Shown: positions 1 through 13,943, numbered from the whole stretch's first letter. The stretch is DNA of 63,876 bases, filler included, from Octopus bimaculoides (GCF_001194135.2; 6 parts of 5 records of this genome joined end to end with filler, not necessarily neighbours in it); one strand, 5' to 3'. Made by a program: numbers and translations. Notes: generated from the sequence alone by a model not told the origin.

Positions 1-94
1 TACATGTATACATTTATGCATGCACACATACATATACACATACATACATGCATACATACATACAAACATGCATATATAATACGTATATACATAT

Positions 95-179
<85 letters not shown>

Positions 180-671
180 CATACATACATACGTACATAG
201 ATGTATGCATGCATTCGCACATACGCAGCACAGAAACCCGGGGGGACGTCAGACGTTCGTATCGACACTTCTGGATAAGCAGTATGTGTATTGACAGTAA
301 GCATTGTTATTGCAGCAATTACAGCGACAATAATAAATCTAACAAGAAATTCTAGTTCCTATCTCGTGTAAGAAGCGATAACATGTCGTAAAGATAAGCC
401 ACGTCAGCAGCCATGTTGAACGAGACCAACAAACCGAAGATCAAATTAATCCGTCAATAAAAGCAAAATGGCGCCCGGTGTAAATTTGCGCTGAGAAAAT
501 AAAACTGAACTAAAGACGCTTCGTATATTAAATGTGTCAAATAAAATGAAATAAAATAAAATGAGATAAAATAACAACGATGATGGCTGTAAGTCTTTGA
601 ATATTCCGATTGGCCTCTTGTATTTTAACACTGATCCTAAAATTCTTCATGCAGCAATCTCCTCTACAGAC

Positions 672-674
672 TGT

Positions 675-729
<55 letters not shown>

Positions 730-1141
730 CTTCCCTCTCCTCCTGTTCCTTGTCCTTCACCTTATCTCCTCCTCCTCTTCCTCCTCCTCTTCTTCCTTCT
801 TCTCGCCTCCTCTTCCTCCTTCTTCTCGCCTCCTCTTCCTCCTTCTTCTCGCCTCCTTTTCCTTTCCTTCCTTCTCCTCGTTTCCTCCTTGAACATCTCA
901 TTCGTCTTCTTCTTCCTCACACCACTCCTATTCTACCTCCTCCTCCCCTTTCCTCATCTTCTCCTTCCTTCCTTCCTCTCTCTCCTTCGTCATCTTTTTC
1001 TCTTCCCCTTCATATTTCAAACTTCATTCCTTTTATCCTTTCATTACACCTCCCCTCTTCTCATTTTCTCCTTTCTTCCCCCTCCCTTTTTCTCTCCTTC
1101 CTCTTCTTACTCCCACCACTGACATCTTAACCCCCCCCCCC
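672..1141. repeat. Long polypyrimidine tract: (CTTT)n, (CCT/CTT)n
   Basis: Almost purely C/T on the + strand. Confidence 0.9.
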
Positions 1142-2381
1142 NNNNNNNNNNNNNNNNNNNNNNNNNNNNNNNNNNNNNNNNNNNNNNNNNNNNNNNNNNN
1201 NNNNTTCACCTTTACCTTCCACCTCCATTCGCTTTCTTTCTTTTTCTTTCTTTCTTTTTCTCATTACTACCCCATCTTTTTTCTTCGATCTTTATTTTCC
1301 CCACACCACCACAACCATCACCCCCAACCATCACCACCACCCCAATCACCAACCACCACCGCCGCTGCCACCGCCACCACACCACAGCAACGTTGTCAGT
1401 ATTTACACAGATCAATGTGTTTTCATTGGTTAATCTTGTTACCATCCTTACAGGAGATTTGCGATAATCCTTGCTAATATCATTCTTCTAGCTGTCACCC
1501 ATCTTGTCTTCTCAAATTGTTGTTGCAATTGTTGTTGTTGTTGTTGTTGTTGGTGTCTTTGCTGCAATTGCACTTGTATTTGTTGTTCTTTACATTGCAG
1601 TTTTATATTCTTTTTCCCTTGTGCTGCAGCAGATATTATTGCCGTTGTTGGTGCAGTTTTTTGCAGTTGTCCTTCCGTTGCATCTGCACAGATAGCTGTC
1701 TTTAGAGGAGAAGTTGCAGTTGTTGGGTTTTTGGTGCAGTTTTTGTTGTTACTTCTGACGTACTTGTCGTAGAATTTGTTCTTGTTGTTAAGACTTTGTT
1801 ACAGGTGCACTTCTCGTTGTTTATGACATAGTTGCATTTGGTGATATTTTTGTGGTGTCGGTGCAGTGACTGCATGGCTGGCGCAATTGCAATTTTATTG
1901 CAGATTCTATTTTTATTTTTGCAATTTGTATTGTTGTTGCAGGGACTTCGTCGCTCGTGCAATTGCAGTTTCCTGTTGTAGTTGCTATTTTTGTTGTTGC
2001 AATTTGTGTTGTTGGTGCAGTAACTGCATTGCTTGTGCAATTTCAGTTCTATTGCAGCTTCAGTTTTTGCTGTTGCACCTTGTGTTGGCGGTGAAGTTCT
2101 TGTATTTTTTATGTAGTTCTATAATGCCTATTTTGCTTTTGCCGCTTCTAAGATTGTATATATATATTATATATATATATATGTATGTCTGTAGTCTCAG
2201 ACACACAAACAAACACACACACACATATACGCACACGCACACATGCACAAAATATACAGCTAATATTTGTATTCTGTTTGCGCAACCAACTAAATAAACG
2301 TATATTTACTTACATTTCTCTGTCAATTTTTATCTATCACTTATTATCTACCTGCCTGTCTCTTTAACATTGTTTTATACA

Positions 2382-2444
<63 letters not shown>

Positions 2445-2894
2445 NNNNNNNNNNNNNNNNNNNNNNNNNNNNNNNNNNNNNNNNNNNNNNNNNNNNNNNN
2501 NNNNNNNNNNNNNNNNNNNNNNNNNNNNNNNNNNNNNNNNNNNNNNNNNNNNNNNNNNNNNNNNNNNNNNNNNNNNNNNNNNNNNNNNNNNNNNNNNNNN
2601 NNNNNNNNNNNNNNNNNNNNNNNNNNNNNNNNNNNNNNNNNNNNNNNNNNNNNNNNNNNNNNNNNNNNNNNNNNNNNNNNNNNNNNNNNNNNNNNNNNNN
2701 NNNNNNNNNNNNNNNNNNNNNNNNNNNNNNNNNNNNNNNNNNNNNNNNNNNNNNNNNNNNNNNNNNNNNNNNNNNNNNNNNNNNNNNNNNNNNNNNNNNN
2801 NNNNNNNNNNNNNNNNNNNNNNNNNNNNNNNNNNNNNNNNNNNNNNNNNNNNNNNNNNNNNNNNNNNNNNTGTGTGTGTGTGTGTGTGTGTGTT

Positions 2895-2930
<36 letters not shown>

Positions 2931-3368
2931 TGCTGGCATATACATAACTATATGTGTGTGTGTGTTCTGTAGTGAGGGGTTAGGGTGAATTATGTTTGAC
3001 AAGACGGGCAAAGCACATCAGATCAGAAGAGAGGAATCTCGCTTTGCTGGTGGAGGAGTCAGTTGTCAAACATCTGTAAGTACTCCGTGTGACCTTATAA
3101 CAAGCAACGGGAGGGCGACGGTAGGAGTGCAAAGGTTTCGTGTTCGCACCGGAGCGAAAGCATCACCGAGAGAGTGAGAACGAGAGCGAGAGCGAGAGAG
3201 AGAGAGAAGGGAGGGAAAGTGGGGGAAGAGTAATTAAATATTCAGAAAGGGGCCAATTTAGTCTTTAATAATAATATTTTTTTTCTTACTTTTCCTTTTG
3301 TTTTTAGAAGAGTAACAGAAGAGGGATTCATAAATGTATTCGTTGCTACACGTCTATGATACTCCTGG

Positions 3369-3410
<42 letters not shown>

Positions 3411-5065
3411 CACACACACGTGTGGGTGTGAGCATCTTTATATGTATACATATATGTATATCTATGTGTGTGTATATATATATATTTATATGTATTCGTC
3501 CGTTTGTTCATATACGTGTGTATATGTATGTCTGTGTGTATGTATGTATGTATGTATGAATATATGTAAATATATGTATATATATATGTACGTATGTATA
3601 TATGTATGTATATATGTATGTATGAATATATGTATATATATGTATGCATATATGCTTGCATATATGTATGTATGTATGTATNNNNNNNNNNNNNNNNNNN
3701 NNNNNNNNNNNNNNNNNNNNNNNNNNNNNNNNNNNNNNNNNNNNNNNNNNNNNNNNNNNNNNNNNNNNNNNNNNNNNNNNNNNNNNNNNNNNNNNNNNNN
3801 NNNNNNNNNNNNNNNNNNNNNNNNNNNNNNNNNNNNNNNNNNNNNNNNNNNNNNNNNNNNNNNNNNNNNNNNNNNNNNNNNNNNNNNNNNNNNNNNNNNN
3901 NNNNNNNNNNNNNNNNNNNNNNNNNNNNNNNNNNNNNNNNNNNNNNNNNNNNNNNNNNNNNNNNNNNNNNNNNNNNNNNNNNNNNNNNNNNNNNNNNNNN
4001 NNNNNNNNNNNNNNNNNNNNNNNNNNNNNNNNNNNNNNNNNNNNNNNNNNNNNNNNNNNNNNNNNNNNNNNNNNNNNNNNNNNNNNNNNNNNNNNNNNNN
4101 NNNNNNNNNNNNNNNNNNNNNNNNNNNNNNNNNNNNNNNNNNNNNNNNNNNNNNNNNNNNNNNNNNNNNNNNNNNNNNNNNNNNNNNNNNNNNNNNNNNN
4201 NNNNNNNNNNNNNNNNNNNNNNNNNNNNNNNNNNNNNNNNNNNNNNNNNNNNNNNNNNNNNNNNNNNNNNNNNNNNNNNNNNNNNNNNNNNNNNNNNNNN
4301 NNNNNNNNNNNNNNNNNNNNNNNNNNNNNNNNNNNNNNNNNNNNNNNNNNNNNNNNNNNNNNNNNNNNNNNNNNNNNNNNNNNNNNNNNNNNNNNNNNNN
4401 NNNNNNNNNNNNNNNNNNNNNNNNNNNNNNNNNNNNNNNNNNNNNNNNNNNNNNNNNNNNNNNNNNNNNNNNNNNNNNNNNNNNNNNNNNNNNNNNNNNN
4501 NNNNNNNNNNNNNNNNNNNNNNNNNNNNNNNNNNNNNNNNNNNNNNNNNNNNNNNNNNNNNNNNNNNNNNNNNNNNNNNNNNNNNNNNNNNNNNNNNNNN
4601 NNNNNNNNNNNNNNNNNNNNNNNNNNNNNNNNNNNNNNNNNNNNNNNNNNNNNNNNNNNNNNNNNNNNNNNNNNATATATATATATATATATACAGCGGG
4701 ATTCTTTCAGTTTCCATCTGCCAAATCTATTCCCAAATCTTTGTTCGACTCGAACATATAGTGATAGGCATTACAATCCAATATTACAAACACTCTAAGA
4801 ATCCAAGACCATGTATGTATGTATGTATGTATGTATGTATATACAAACACACATGTATGTGTGCGAGTGTATAATGTTTTTGTGTATGTAAATATAAATA
4901 TATGTATATCCTTTTGTTATTTACACCACCTGTCCTCGTCTGTTGTTGTTTTTTCGTATATTCTCCCCTATCTATATATATATATATGAACGTATGTGTT
5001 TTCTCTTTGTCCTCTTTTCTGTGTGTACATAAACATATATGCATATATATATATATATATATATA

Positions 5066-5165
5066 NNNNNNNNNNNNNNNNNNNNNNNNNNNNNNNNNNN
5101 NNNNNNNNNTTAATTAATTAANNNNNNNNNNNNNNNNNNNNNNNNNNNNNNNNNNNNNNNNNNNN
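5066..5165. other. Assembly gap filler: 44 N + TTAATTAATTAA + 44 N (artefact)
   Basis: The same 12-mer sits inside N runs at 5110, 15040, 40979, 58041 and 62122; it places stop codons in all six frames. Confidence 0.9.
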
Positions 5166-7421
5166 TTTTTCCTAATTTCCGCTAGTATAACAGCACTGCA
5201 TGTGAAATCTTTTGAATTTCTTCATTTCTTATCCAGAGAAGAATACACATATATATATATATTGGAGCAAACACGTTACAATGAAGTAGAGAAATTTGAA
5301 AAGACAACACGAAACCGGTTATTTCTCAAAATACAATGTTTATATACCAAAAAGATTTTATAACATTTTTCTAACATTTTTCTGACATAATTTAAATATA
5401 TACTTTAACCATATAACACAAGTCTTCTGTAGTTTTTTCACTCTTATTATCTTATATATATATATAAATATACATGTACGTATGTGTGCATGCCTGTCTG
5501 CATGTGTGTACATAAATACATGCACGAATGATTGTACACTCACACGTATATGAATATGTCTACAATTATATTAAAATGTCTGTTGATGGTACCCAATAAT
5601 CAGTATTCGTTACATTAATATGTTTATTAAGTTGGTCCATTAGCCACTGCAGAATTTAAAAGAATTTAGAATGATTATTTTTAGTTATTCTTTTTTATAA
5701 ATCAATAATGAAATCACTACATCCAATTGAATGATTTGTCACTTGTGCATTGCAATTACTTGGACACATTTTCATTCCAAAGTTATTTCAGATGGAGTTG
5801 GAAATTGCAATAAATTAACAAATGTAGCCGTAGTAGTGCCTACAGGGAAACCAATGCACGCTGTGCTTTAATTAGGCACATTAAGGCAAAAGATAAGCAA
5901 AATAATGCAACGACAGCATGACACTAAATCGTTTACATTAAATAAAATATCTGCTGTTGTTGTTCATCCGTGCCAACCACTGATCATTCGTTACATATAA
6001 CTCGTATTCGTTCTTTTATAGCTTCTTGTAGAACGGTTCTGCAGTTGATTGAGTAATAAATTACAAGTAAAATCCTGTAGTTCTGCTGGAAAACTGTCCC
6101 AATTTGAATAGGATTAGTCACTAGAAGAAAGGATAGGGAGAAACTAGTAGGGAAATGGAGCATCTGCATAAAAAGATGTTATACTGCTTGCAATATGTAT
6201 ATCATATTTCAGTCAAGTATTGTGGAACTGGTATAATCTCTGTAGATTTCCTTCAAAGATCTAGTTTTATCATATAGGGCATCCTTTGTAGAGGTTGATT
6301 ATGCATCATTTGCACATGTATGTGCAAGCTTGGGTAAGACATTTTGGAGGAATCTGGCAGCTACACGTGCATGTAAGCTTTCTCTCTATGACACCATGTT
6401 TGTCTAAAAGAAATGGTACGGACTGGAGCCGATACAACTTCGCACCAGCATCGTCGCAGAAGTTGCAGCCAGAAAGCACTGAACTGCAATAGGTAGCACA
6501 CTGATTCTCACCGGATCTTCTAAAAGTTCCGCTAATCCACTGCCCTAGACTGGTAATTTTTTTCATCGATCCCAAATGATGAAAGCAAAGTGAGATATGA
6601 ACTCAGAACGCAGAGAGTAGAGACAAATACCACGAGGCATTCTATTCAACGCTCTGACGACTTTGCCAGTTCGTTACCATTTTCATCATTATTGTTACGA
6701 TACAAAAGGGGGGCGCTAGAATCGTCAGAGCATCGGATAAGATGTTTTGTCATATTTAGTTTTTTAATTACCGACAGTATCGACTAAACCTCATTCAGAG
6801 TTTAATCAGAAGACAAAATACCAGTTAAGTCGTGGTGCCGATGTAATCAGTTTAACCAATACTCTCAATTGTAATCTTATGTAACTAGACTTTATCAAAC
6901 GGACTAACATTACCAGCTGTCTCTTGTGTATCTTTAGTCAAGTTTAATCTGTTCCAAGCATTCTAATTATTTAACTAGACCGAAGATAACCTTCTTTCTC
7001 CCTCTGCCCAGTCTCAGATACCCTGCACTCCTTCTCCATTGAAAAGTATACCATCCTCCAAAAATACACCAACCAATTTTCAAATAAGAGTTGTGTAGTA
7101 CAAAGCTAGATTACTTATGTAAAATGTGAACTGCTCTTTGGAAAACAAAACATAGCGCATATTTTCGCTGGAGATAATAGCTTAAAGGCATTCTTGTTCA
7201 ATAAAAACGCATTTAAACATTTTTTTCTGTCGCTAACAATGTTGCGAAGCAAAATCCACAGCCCCTATTTCCTATGTGTTCCAGAATTTTCCATAAATAT
7301 ATACTGTCTAATTTGACCTCCTCTTACAATCATCCGTTGAGATTATTTGAAACGTACTGTCTTTTTCATAAAGTGTATCTCATGAAATATATCTGAAATT
7401 TCTCAATACCAAAAAGCAGCG

Positions 7422-7822
7422 ATTTGGCAGAATCGTTAACGCGTTGGGCGAAATGCTTAGCGGTATTTCATTTGTCTTTACGTTCTGAGTTCAAATTCCG
7501 CCGAGGTTGACTTTGCCTTTCATCTTTTCGGTGTCGATAAATTAAGTACAAGTTGTGTACTAGGGTCGAACTAATCGACTGCCCCCCTTCCCAAAAGTTT
7601 CGGGCCTTGTGCCTAGAGTAGAAAAGAATCGTTAACGCGCTGGAAAAATGCTTTGCTGCATTTCTTTCCGATTTTACGTTTAAAGCTTAAATTCTCCCCA
7701 GATCAGCTTTGCTTTTCAGCCTTTCTGGGTAGATAAAACGATTACCAGGTGAGCAATGGGTGGATGTAATCGACTTGCTACCTCCCCTAAAATTTCAGGC
7801 CTTGTACCAATAGTAGGAAAAA
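7422..7822 (+). mobile_element. Two tandem copies of SINE family B
   Basis: ggcagaatcgttaacgc..gagttcaaattccgccgaggttgactttgcctttcatc..gggccttgtgcc, repeated from about 7627. Confidence 0.85.
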
Positions 7823-8913
7823 ATTCTCGATACCATATGAAAAGTATTGAATTTATTGCAGATTCAGATTTTAAGTTTGTTTGTAAGTGATTAATTACAG
7901 TCAATGCGTTGCCGTGAGTGAATAAATATTTTTTAAAATGCGTTCATTCGAAATTAGTAATCTGCCAATATAAAGTACAATATAAAAACTAAATATTGAA
8001 CTATTTTAATTTCAAGCTGTGTTGGTGGAATATTCATAATTTTGTTAACTGTTTGAAATTAATACAAATATGCAAATTTGCACATCAACTTGTGAATTAA
8101 ATTAGAAAGTTCCAGTACATTCATTAACTGCTCTTCAGTTACGACCTTAAGATAGTGATTCAAAGTTTCATTTACACAAGTAGCCGGGAAAGGCTCTTTT
8201 CCTCATCTATAATTAATTAGAAAAGAATTCACTTTTCTATATTTTCCGTTTGGCTGATTGGCCAACTTGGACTATTATCGATTCAGCTCTCTGATTGAAC
8301 AATTTAATACAAGTATGTATGTGTGTGTTTATGTCTGTCTGTTTGTATGTATGTATGCATGTATGTATTAAGTACGTATGTGTGTGTGCGCGCGTTTATG
8401 TGTTTGTCTGTTTGTGCGCACATGTAGGTGTGTATGTATGTACGTATATATAGAGAGAGATGTATATGTGTATATACATACATACATACATACATACATA
8501 CATGCATATTAGATATTAAGAGAACACTCTGATCTTGTTATCTGATGAGATTGGCCCATCTTGTACACCTACGATACTGTAAGTCATATGGAGTCAAACT
8601 GATATTGAAATTTGAATGTAATTTCTACCAAATGTCTTGAGTGTCACTTTCTTTCGTTTGTTCACTTACTCTTACACACACACATATATATATATATATA
8701 GCCAAGTCGAAAAATAAAAAAAATTACTAAACAAAAGTCAAAAGGATGTACACAAGACGTTCAGTATAAGATGGATAAAAGAGTGGGTATATAATATTTC
8801 GAGCATGGGTCTTCGACAGAAAGAGGAGAGAGGAAAAATCCGGAGAAGCAAAAATGTCCAAGAAAAGCACGTGTGAGTACATGGCTGAAATGACCGGAAA
8901 TAATATATACATA

Positions 8914-9591
8914 GAGGGGCTGGACAAAATAATGGAAACACCTTAAAAAGTCAAACAAATTTATTTTAATATGGGATAGGACCACTTTGGCAGTAATTAC
9001 ACCTGGAATTCTACGAAGTGTGGACTCGTACAAAGTTTGAATTGTTTCCAAAGGAATTTTTGTTCATTCTTCAGCTAAAACAATCTCCAGCACTTGTAGT
9101 GATGATGGTGGAGGATATCGACTCCTTATTTATTTTTCTAAAATGAGCCATAAATGTTCAATAATATTGAGATTTGGGGACTGTGGTGGCCAAATAAGAT
9201 GTTCAACTGCAGATAGAATGTTCCTCGTGCCATTCAGTAACAACTTTAGCTGTGTGAATTGGTGCATTATCATCCTGAAAGACTGCGTTTCCCTCCGGAA
9301 ACAGTTCCGCAACCATAGGATGAATTTGATCAGATTAAATGCTTAAATAGTCTCAACTATTAATTCTGCCATGAACGGAAACCATTGGGCCAGTGGATTT
9401 CCAAGATATAACCCCCAAGATCATCACGGATCCTCTTCCATGTTAAACAGTTGGAGGAAGGTAGTCTGGGTCAAATGCTTCTTTTCGCTGTCTTCACACG
9501 GTGGTCGGATATAAGGTAAGGGTAACTCGTCCGAGAAAATAACATTCTTCCACTGCTCTAGGGACCAATTTTGTAGGTTTTTACTCCACTC
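8914..9591 (-). mobile_element. Tc1-family DNA transposon, 3' part, cut by a gap
   Basis: FQDDNAPIHTAK and WPPQSPNLNIIEHLW on the minus strand; terminus TA-gaggggctggacaaaataatggaaacacc. Confidence 0.9.
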
Positions 9592-10591
9592 NNNNNNNNN
9601 NNNNNNNNNNNNNNNNNNNNNNNNNNNNNNNNNNNNNNNNNNNNNNNNNNNNNNNNNNNNNNNNNNNNNNNNNNNNNNNNNNNNNNNNNNNNNNNNNNNN
9701 NNNNNNNNNNNNNNNNNNNNNNNNNNNNNNNNNNNNNNNNNNNNNNNNNNNNNNNNNNNNNNNNNNNNNNNNNNNNNNNNNNNNNNNNNNNNNNNNNNNN
9801 NNNNNNNNNNNNNNNNNNNNNNNNNNNNNNNNNNNNNNNNNNNNNNNNNNNNNNNNNNNNNNNNNNNNNNNNNNNNNNNNNNNNNNNNNNNNNNNNNNNN
9901 NNNNNNNNNNNNNNNNNNNNNNNNNNNNNNNNNNNNNNNNNNNNNNNNNNNNNNNNNNNNNNNNNNNNNNNNNNNNNNNNNNNNNNNNNNNNNNNNNNNN
10001 NNNNNNNNNNNNNNNNNNNNNNNNNNNNNNNNNNNNNNNNNNNNNNNNNNNNNNNNNNNNNNNNNNNNNNNNNNNNNNNNNNNNNNNNNNNNNNNNNNNN
10101 NNNNNNNNNNNNNNNNNNNNNNNNNNNNNNNNNNNNNNNNNNNNNNNNNNNNNNNNNNNNNNNNNNNNNNNNNNNNNNNNNNNNNNNNNNNNNNNNNNNN
10201 NNNNNNNNNNNNNNNNNNNNNNNNNNNNNNNNNNNNNNNNNNNNNNNNNNNNNNNNNNNNNNNNNNNNNNNNNNNNNNNNNNNNNNNNNNNNNNNNNNNN
10301 NNNNNNNNNNNNNNNNNNNNNNNNNNNNNNNNNNNNNNNNNNNNNNNNNNNNNNNNNNNNNNNNNNNNNNNNNNNNNNNNNNNNNNNNNNNNNNNNNNNN
10401 NNNNNNNNNNNNNNNNNNNNATATATATATATATATATATATAATCTGAGCCCTCTACGCATTCTTATCATGTCCATAATACTATCTTCTAGCATAAACA
10501 TAGCCACTGTTTCCATTATGAATATTTTAAAGTAGTCGTCTAATAAATAATTATCCAACTTATTGTTTTCTTTATTTCATTTCGTTCCCAG

Positions 10592-10691
10592 GAAATACAG
10601 AGTACATTATGGAAGGATTTGAAGATACTATCACTGACCCATCAATAGTTGCATTGGCATTTTACAATGGATTGTGGTCTTTCGATGGCTG
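10592..10691 (+). CDS. SLC7A9: Internal coding exon of an SLC7 (LAT/HAT light chain) amino-acid transporter, b(0,+)AT/SLC7A9-like; orthology not proven
   Basis: Pyrimidine tract and cccAG acceptor (10590-91), GTAAGT donor (10692-97). The 100-nt exon reads (G)NTEYIMEGFEDTITDPSIVALAFYNGLWSFDG(W), matching the SLC7 motif LAFYxGLW(A/S)(Y/F)DGW. Upstream intron is phase 1 and downstream intron is phase 2. Not in the ORF track. Confidence 0.9.
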
Positions 10692-12430
10692 GTAAGTGTT
10701 CATAATTATGTTTACATGGATTTCTGCCAAAGAAAGAGGGTCGAAAAATTGTAAGGAAAGATCGATGTGAAGGTTTTCTATCAACAGCCTTTTCTGAATG
10801 TCGTTAGTCTTGTAGAGGAAGTGAAAAGTTTAAACGGGAAGCGTTACCATGTAGTAAAAGTGACTTCTGAACTCTTGCATGCATTTCACACTCTGAGATA
10901 TTGCAATTGATTTATTTTATTATTTTATAAGCAGTCAGATTACACCATAATTGACTTTTACTTTGTACATTGTTTCTTACTGTCAATGGTTTGAAAATGT
11001 TCGTCAATAACTTCTAAGTGAATCTAATACCGGCTCAAGATTTTGCAATAATCAGACGTGCTCCTTCTTTGTTTCATTACTCTTAGGCATTTAAAATCTT
11101 AACAATTTGTTCTTTAATTATCTATAAGAATCAAGATAAAATTACAATTGTGTCATCCAACTGTTTGAGCTTTGTTCAAAACTTGTGCGCAGTCTGTTTC
11201 TAAGCAGGACATCTATGATTTAACTGCTTATCCGATTGCTATCTCGGCTCCACTACAATTATACGAACTCATTTCTCTATGTTTAATATACCATAATCTA
11301 AACCTGAAGTTCAATTTACCGTACCTAGAAAGCAATCATCTGATTATTTCCCATCTCTATAGTAGAGTGACTTTTAATCATGTCACTGAATATCAATAGC
11401 CTTTTTGTTCTTTGTTCATGATTTCAGAACTGAATTTTATGCATCGATCAAAAAGAACCATTTGAATGCGTAGCTATTAGAAACACGGTTTCGTAACTTC
11501 TTTGAAAAGTAGACATGCTAATTAATTCTTTATATACCTATTCCCGATAATAAAGTTCCATTTTAGTGGTCATTGAATTCGCTTATTTTTACATGTCACT
11601 TTAATCTTATAATAGCACTTGTCTACCAATCATTCGTTTTCATAACAGGAACATTTTTAGTATATATTCAATATAAATTTCTGTCTTTATCTGCACTCGA
11701 ATCACAAATGTCTTTCGCAAGAGTGTTCGTGCATTCTTAATGCAATCAATTATCGTCCATTAACCTTACACTTGGAAACGGACTGCTACTTAATTTTTGT
11801 GCCGTATGTAGATAGACCGCGTATACACAATAATTTCAGTGATTTCAGTTACTGAGGATACTTTGTAGAGGTAAGCTGTTTGTCAGTAAGGTATGCGGTC
11901 GTGTTTTGATATCTGCTTGTAATAGTTATTTCATTATCATCACTAAAGTTATAAAAGATCATATTCTTTTTTAATTCGCTGATCCATCTATGGTTGATTA
12001 TCTTTTCATGGATATCATTGACAGCGAAGAAAGACAAAGTTTTTGGACAATTAAAAGCATATTATACAGTTAAAGGCTAGCTTTAAAAAATCCATAACGC
12101 AGTTTCAGAAGAAAAATCTATCTCTTGTCGTATCCTATTTAGATGACGAGAACAGGTAGTTGAAGAAATCTATGCACAGGTCAAGTTTGTTTTAGATCTT
12201 TAGAAGGAAATATGTTGGAATTGTTCTATACAGATTGAGTAAACCTACAACCAAAGACATTTCTCTCTTGACCACTCTGTTGTTTTGTAATTCTAGAAAT
12301 ATGTTATCTAGTGTGTCCTTCCATTTATAAATTGAAATATGTATTGTAGATTGAGAATGAAAACGAGAAACCTAGTGGCTATATCAGTGCTAAATACAGG
12401 GGAGATAATTTTCAAACAAAAAATAAATTA

Positions 12431-12592
12431 GGCGCAGGAGTGGCTGTGTGGTAAGTAGCTTGCTTACCAACCACATGGTTCTGGGTTCAGTCCTACTGCG
12501 TGGCACCTTGGGCAAGTGTCTTCTACTATAGCCTCGAGCCGATCAAAGCCTTGTAAGTGGATTTGGTAGACGGAAACTGAAAGAAGCCCGTC

Positions 12593-12650
<58 letters not shown>

Positions 12651-12905
12651 GTGTGTATATATATGTGGGTGTGTGTTTGTGTGTGTGTTTGTGTGTCTGT
12701 TTGTCCCCCAACATCGCTTGACAACCGATGGTGGTGTGTTTACGTCCCCGTAACTTAGCGGTTCAGCAAAAGAGACTGATAGAATAAATACTAGGCTTAC
12801 AAAGAAGAAGTCTTGGGGTCGATTTGCTCGACTAAATGCGGTACTCCAGCATGGCCGCAGTCAAATGACTGAAACAAGTAAAAGAGTAAAGCGTAAAGAG
12901 TAAGA
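12431..12905 (+). mobile_element. tRNA-derived SINE, family A, full length with internal (TA)n/(TG)n
   Basis: Head ggcgcaggagtggctgtgtggtaag..gggttcagtcc; tail gactgaaacaagtaaaagagtaaa; many copies in the window. Confidence 0.9.
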
Positions 12906-13769
12906 AACAATTTCTTCCTGTTTATGTATGTCATGAGGCAGAATCGCAAAAACATCAGACGAAATATCTAATGGTATTAGCTACTGCTTTTTACACCCTA
13001 AATTGGAAAGAAAAAATGAACTAACATTCATATCAACTTTGCTCCTCTGTTATCTTTTATATTTTACTTGTTTCAGTCATTGGACTGCAACCATGTTGGG
13101 GGGCTCTTTTTGAAAGGATTTAGTCCCACAAATCGCCCCCATTTTTTAAAGTCTGAGAGTTATTTTATCGTTCTCTTTATATATGTATGTCCACAGACAC
13201 ACACACGTGCGTGTGTGTGTGTGTATGTGTGTCCATATATGTGTGCGCGTGTCTATATGAGCGTGTATGTGTGTGCGTGTGTCTATATATGTATGTATGT
13301 CTATATACGTGTCTGAGTGTGTGTTTATGTGTTTGTGTTTGTGTGTGTGTGTGTGTAATTTTGGTGTAAACGTTGGTGTAAATGTTTATGCGTGTTGATT
13401 CACAATATTAGCTGTTCGGCAAATAGATAACGATAAAATTAGTACCAAACTGAAGTGAAATAAATACTGAGTTTAAATGCTCGACTAAAGCCCCTGATGA
13501 TAGTACATTAGCTTGGCTTCAATTCGGTGATGACAACCATTAAAAGAACAGAAGAATTAAAGAATTACAATGTCATTAAAAAAACTAGCTGCAGCTACTT
13601 GTTGGAAGTCTTGATATTTTATTCAAGTGGATTAAATGTTGCGACAACTTTCGCACCAAACAAGATTAATAAATGAATGAAAAAACGCAAGCTTATAAGA
13701 TCGAATTTCAATTTATAATTGATGTATTTTCTCACCCACATTTGCTATTTCAGTGATTTCGGTGTTATT

Positions 13770-13820
<51 letters not shown>

Positions 13821-13882
13821 NNNNNNNNNNNNNNNNNNNNNNNNNNNNNNNNNNNNNNNNNNNNNNNNNNNNNNNNNNNNNN

Positions 13883-13943
<61 letters not shown>

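Noticed and set aside
2975-2986. GGGGTTAGGG telomere-like motif
   Set aside because: Single unit only.
6295-6580. Cys-rich 89-aa minus-strand ORF and overlapping plus-strand ORFs
   Set aside because: No recognisable domain, no convincing splice or start context, and the length is within chance expectation.
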